This document shows positions 59,414-62,828 of a DNA stretch of 62,828 nucleotides, one piece after another (within the stretch, counting starts at the first letter, position 1; each line of letters begins with the position of its first letter). Origin of the DNA: Eubacterium sp. (GTDB lineage Bacteria; Bacillota; Clostridia; Oscillospirales; Acutalibacteraceae); the NCBI GenBank assembly GCA_022511185.1, contig JAFLSA010000001.1, positions 1 to 62,828 of the forward strand. Reading direction: 5' to 3'. The notes below the pieces were generated by a model that was not told the origin of the DNA, did no database searches, and saw nothing but the letters and a program-made list of their open reading frames with translations. The translations under genes were made by a program, and so were the position numbers.

Positions 59414-60178
59414 ATGAAATGTAAAAAATGCGGTTGCGACGTCTTAACAAAAGTCGACGATTGGTATAAGTGCGCAAACTGCGGTGCAATGATTTTTGAT
59501 ACTGAGATACATCCTGACGATGTTAAAAGCCCTACAAAAAAAATTGAGAAAATTGAAGATGATTTTCATATCGAAACTCAAAACGGCACACCGGTAAAAG
59601 AAAAAGATACAAAAGATGAACAAGATAAAAAAGACTCGAAAGAGGAAAAAAGTAAGCTTCGTGAGGCAATTGAATTTTGTATACCAATTGTCGCAGCAAT
59701 CATCCTTGCGATTCTCCTTAAATCATTTGTCTTTGCAAACGCTATTGTACCGACAGGCTCAATGCTTAACACCATTCAGGAAAAGGACAGAATTATAGCA
59801 AGCCGTCTTGCTTATATCAACAGTGACCCAGAGCGTTACGATATTATTATTTTTGCATATCCCGACGATGAAAGCCAGAACTACGTTAAAAGAGTTATCG
59901 GTCTGCCGGGCGAAACTGTTGAGATCGTAAACGGTATTGTTTACGTTACCAAAACAGACGGCGAAACAATCCAGCTTGACGACAGCTTTGTCACCAACTG
60001 TATACCTGAGGGCGACTTCGGTCCGTTCTATGTTCCTGAGGACAGCTATTTTATGCTGGGTGATAACAGAAATTCAAGCTGGGATTCACGCTACTGGAAA
60101 AACAAATACGTTCACAAGGATAAAATACTCGGTCAGGTCAAGTTCAGATATTTCCCTAATATAAGCAAAATCGAATGA
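59414..60178 (+). CDS. lepB: signal peptidase I with N-terminal zinc ribbon
   Basis: VPTGSM (Ser), YVKRVIGLPGE (Lys) and LGDNRNSSWDSR motifs; N-terminal CKKC...CANC. Confidence 0.9.
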   Translation: MKCKKCGCDVLTKVDDWYKCANCGAMIFDTEIHPDDVKSPTKKIEKIEDDFHIETQNGTPVKEKDTKDEQDKKDSKEEKSKLREAIEFCIPIVAAIILAILLKSFVFANAIVPTGSMLNTIQEKDRIIASRLAYINSDPERYDIIIFAYPDDESQNYVKRVIGLPGETVEIVNGIVYVTKTDGETIQLDDSFVTNCIPEGDFGPFYVPEDSYFMLGDNRNSSWDSRYWKNKYVHKDKILGQVKFRYFPNISKIE

Positions 60179-60208
60179 TTTTTTTAGTCGATGAATAGAG
60201 GTTTAATT

Positions 60209-61687
60209 ATGAAACAGAATAATTATGTCCCGAATAAAGAATGGATGGCTTACTGCATTGGCGGCTTAGGTCAGGGTATGGTTTATGCCATAATGAGCTC
60301 GTATATTTCAGATTTCTATCTGAACGTGCTTAAGGTTACACCGATATTTGTGCTTTTGCTTATGCTCATTGCAAGAATATGGGACGCAATCAATGACCCG
60401 ATTATGGGCTTTTTTGTAGACCACGCTAATCCTAAAAAGGGTAAAATGCTCCCATATATTCTTTACACCCCTATCCCTGTGGCAATACTCACAATGCTTT
60501 TGTTCTATGCGCCAAACATCAGCGACACAAATAAAATGATTTATGCCGCAGTTACATACGTGTTATGGGGTATGATTTATACGGCATCAGACGTTCCGTT
60601 CTGGAGCCTGCCTAACATTATGACACCTAATGCAGACGAGCGTGGCTCAATCATTTCAAAAGCAAAAACCGCAAACAGTGTCGGCTCTGCCGTGCCAATG
60701 GCAATCTTTATGGTGCTCGGCTTCATTTTGCCAAAACTTGACCTTGCAGGCACTCAGCTTGAGCAGACTAAATATACAATTATGGCGCTTGTAAGCTCAA
60801 TTATCGGTAACATATTATTTATCCGAGTTTACTTTAAGGCAAATGAGCGGGTAAAATTGCCGCCTCCTCCAAAGAAGGATAAGAACCAGCCGTCATCACT
60901 TAAACTTATCTTAACCTGCAAACCGCTTATGCTCACTGCATTAATGGGTATTCTTTCAGCAGCAAGATATATGTATCAGGCTGGTGCAGTACACGTTGCA
61001 AGATACTCATTTTACATAGGCAAGGACTTAACAGGCCTATCAGGCTCAGAGCTTGAAAACGCTTTACAGTCAAACATTTCAACTGTATCTACAGTATTTT
61101 CAGTGTGTGCCGCTGTGGGTATGATGGGTGCAATGCTTGCAGTGACACCTCTTATTAAAAAATTCAGCTACAAGCAAATCATCATCGTTACATCTATAAT
61201 CGGTGCAATCGGAAGTTTTGCTATGTGGTTTATAGGCTATGACAATTTCTGGGCTTGTATGCCTTGTCTTGTTCTTTCAATTATCCCATGCGGTGCAATC
61301 AACGTATGCGCGTCTGCTATGATAGGCGACTGCCTTGATTATATGGAATGGAAAACAGGCACTCGTCTGACAGGTATGGGATCAGCTATCCAAAGCTTCG
61401 TAAACAAATTCGGTAATGCAATCAGTACGTCATTCATCATTTTGATGTACATTATCGTTGACCTTGACGTATCCTCTATCAATGCATCGGTAACGGCTAA
61501 TCCGCTTGATATGAGCGAAACTGTAAGAACAGGAATGTTCAGCATTGTATCACTTATCCCTGCAATGTCGCTGCTTCTTTGCATCGTTCCTTTATTCTTC
61601 TACAAGCTGACAGGCGAGTACAAAGAAAAAATGGAAAAGGAGCTTGCCGAGCAGAGAGCAGAAAGAGGCATAACAGTCGGTAAATGA
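60209..61687 (+). CDS. glycoside-pentoside-hexuronide (GPH/MelB-like) MFS symporter
   Basis: ARIWDAINDPIMG, DVPFWSL and DCLDYMEWKTG.R motifs; ~12 TM. Confidence 0.9.
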   Translation: MKQNNYVPNKEWMAYCIGGLGQGMVYAIMSSYISDFYLNVLKVTPIFVLLLMLIARIWDAINDPIMGFFVDHANPKKGKMLPYILYTPIPVAILTMLLFYAPNISDTNKMIYAAVTYVLWGMIYTASDVPFWSLPNIMTPNADERGSIISKAKTANSVGSAVPMAIFMVLGFILPKLDLAGTQLEQTKYTIMALVSSIIGNILFIRVYFKANERVKLPPPPKKDKNQPSSLKLILTCKPLMLTALMGILSAARYMYQAGAVHVARYSFYIGKDLTGLSGSELENALQSNISTVSTVFSVCAAVGMMGAMLAVTPLIKKFSYKQIIIVTSIIGAIGSFAMWFIGYDNFWACMPCLVLSIIPCGAINVCASAMIGDCLDYMEWKTGTRLTGMGSAIQSFVNKFGNAISTSFIILMYIIVDLDVSSINASVTANPLDMSETVRTGMFSIVSLIPAMSLLLCIVPLFFYKLTGEYKEKMEKELAEQRAERGITVGK

Positions 61688-61698
61688 GGTGACTTAAT

Positions 61699-62643
61699 AT
61701 GAATAAAAAATTACTTGCCATAGGTGCTGCTGCGGTCGGTCTTGTTTGTGAGGTTGCAATTCACGGATATATGGACGTTATGGCAAAGGAAAAGAAAATT
61801 AAATCCGTAATAGGATATTTCGGCACAAAAGCAAGCGATAAAAGCATGGAGGATATGACGGCTTTTACCCAAAAGAAGCTGGAATGGATTAATAAACAGG
61901 ATACAGAAAATATTTCAATAACGTCACGGCGCGGCGACACTCTTAAGGGATATTTAACTCTTAACAAAAACGAGAGTAAGGTTTTTGTATTTTTTGCCCA
62001 TGGCTACCGTGCAGATCATAACGGCGACCCTGCAAACTTTATGCAGTATTATATTGAAAAGGGATATAACTTCCTGTCAGTTGACCATGTTGCACAAGGT
62101 GAAAGCAGTGGTAACTATCTCGGTTTTGATTATTTTGAGAGTGTTGACAGCCTTGACTGGCTTGATTATCTTATCAGCAGATTTGGTGAGGATATTAAAA
62201 TTATCATTCACGGTGTTTCAATGGGCGGCGCAACCGTGTGTAAAATGGTTGAAAGCGTGCCAAATCAGGTACGGCTTGCCATTGCCGACTGCCCTTACAC
62301 AAGCGCACTTGAGGAGTTTGACAACACCGCAAAAGGTGTCGGTGTTAAGCACACAAAGGGACTTCTTAAAATCTTTAATGCGATGAACAAGGTCTTTGCA
62401 GGCTTTGACCTTAACGATACAGATGTGCGAAGTTCCGTTAAAAATTCCAAAGTGCCTATGCTGTTCGTTCACGGCACGGCGGACACCTTTGTTCCTACAA
62501 AAATGGGAGTTGAGCTTTATGATATCTGCGAAAATGATAAGGAGCTTTTCCTTGTGGAAAACGCAACACACGCACAAAGCATAAGATTTGACGAGCAAGG
62601 CTATCATCAAAGACTTGATGATTTTATAGAAAAATATTTATAG
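61699..62643 (+). CDS. alpha/beta hydrolase
   Basis: AHGY, HGVSMGG nucleophile elbow, HGTADTFVP and catalytic His. Confidence 0.88.
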   Translation: MNKKLLAIGAAAVGLVCEVAIHGYMDVMAKEKKIKSVIGYFGTKASDKSMEDMTAFTQKKLEWINKQDTENISITSRRGDTLKGYLTLNKNESKVFVFFAHGYRADHNGDPANFMQYYIEKGYNFLSVDHVAQGESSGNYLGFDYFESVDSLDWLDYLISRFGEDIKIIIHGVSMGGATVCKMVESVPNQVRLAIADCPYTSALEEFDNTAKGVGVKHTKGLLKIFNAMNKVFAGFDLNDTDVRSSVKNSKVPMLFVHGTADTFVPTKMGVELYDICENDKELFLVENATHAQSIRFDEQGYHQRLDDFIEKYL

Positions 62644-62655
62644 GGAGAGATAAAT

Positions 62656-62828
62656 ATGCCATTTATTGAAGTAAAAACAAATCAGAACATAGCTGATAAA
62701 ACAATTATTAAAGCAGAACTTGGAAATGCAATAACTGCTATCCCGGGCAAAAGCGAAGGTTGGCTTATGGTTGAAATCAGCGACAAGCTCGATATGTATT
62801 TCAAGGGCAGTGACGAGCCCTGCGCAAT
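62656..62828 (+). CDS. MIF/phenylpyruvate tautomerase family protein (runs off the window edge)
   Basis: MPFIEVKTN...AIPGKSEGWLMV...MYFKG.DEPCA; N-terminal catalytic Pro; GGAG RBS. Confidence 0.8.
   Translation, partial: MPFIEVKTNQNIADKTIIKAELGNAITAIPGKSEGWLMVEISDKLDMYFKGSDEPCA

Overview
A 62.8 kb stretch of mostly core chromosome from a low-GC, spore-forming Firmicute. The gene content (spoIIE, ytvI, the hrcA-CIRCE operon, glycan hydrolases) suggests a gut Clostridia/Oscillospirales-type organism; this is inference. It carries about 57 CDSs: ddl-murI-DUF1934-argS, spoIIE, acyl-CoA synthetase, GH95 fucosidase, aroE-aroK, acpP, glpK-Ldh_2-malic enzyme, a CHAP hydrolase, hrcA-grpE-dnaK-dnaJ, alr, a cysteine desulfurase-thiI cluster, ilvA-ridA, RR-HK-htrA, ilvC, ACT-hom-lysC, ytvI, iolG-iolD-iolE, and a GH36-like hydrolase-lepB-MFS-hydrolase-MIF run. 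I saw no rRNA, tRNA, CRISPR array, integrase or transposase. The most unusual locus is 30.4-31.6 kb. It holds a free-standing ~95-nt small RNA (perfect sigma-A promoter, 5' hairpin, exposed anti-SD CCUCC, own terminator). Divergent from it is an operon with a LexA/SOS box that encodes a small unknown protein and a stand-alone sigma-70 region-4 protein, followed by a 220-nt multi-hairpin region. One 22-nt motif in that region recurs, inverted, in the 5' leader of the CHAP hydrolase, which also has a WalR-type box. Other points: a 266-bp MITE with a 4-bp target duplication inside the ilvC terminator, a REP-like doublet in the iol operon, three apparent pseudo-enzymes (GlmS-like SIS, MreB-like, sortase B), and two unusual fusions (HAD-Nudix, Zn-ribbon-signal peptidase). 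Calls come from reading motifs by eye; no database searches were run.
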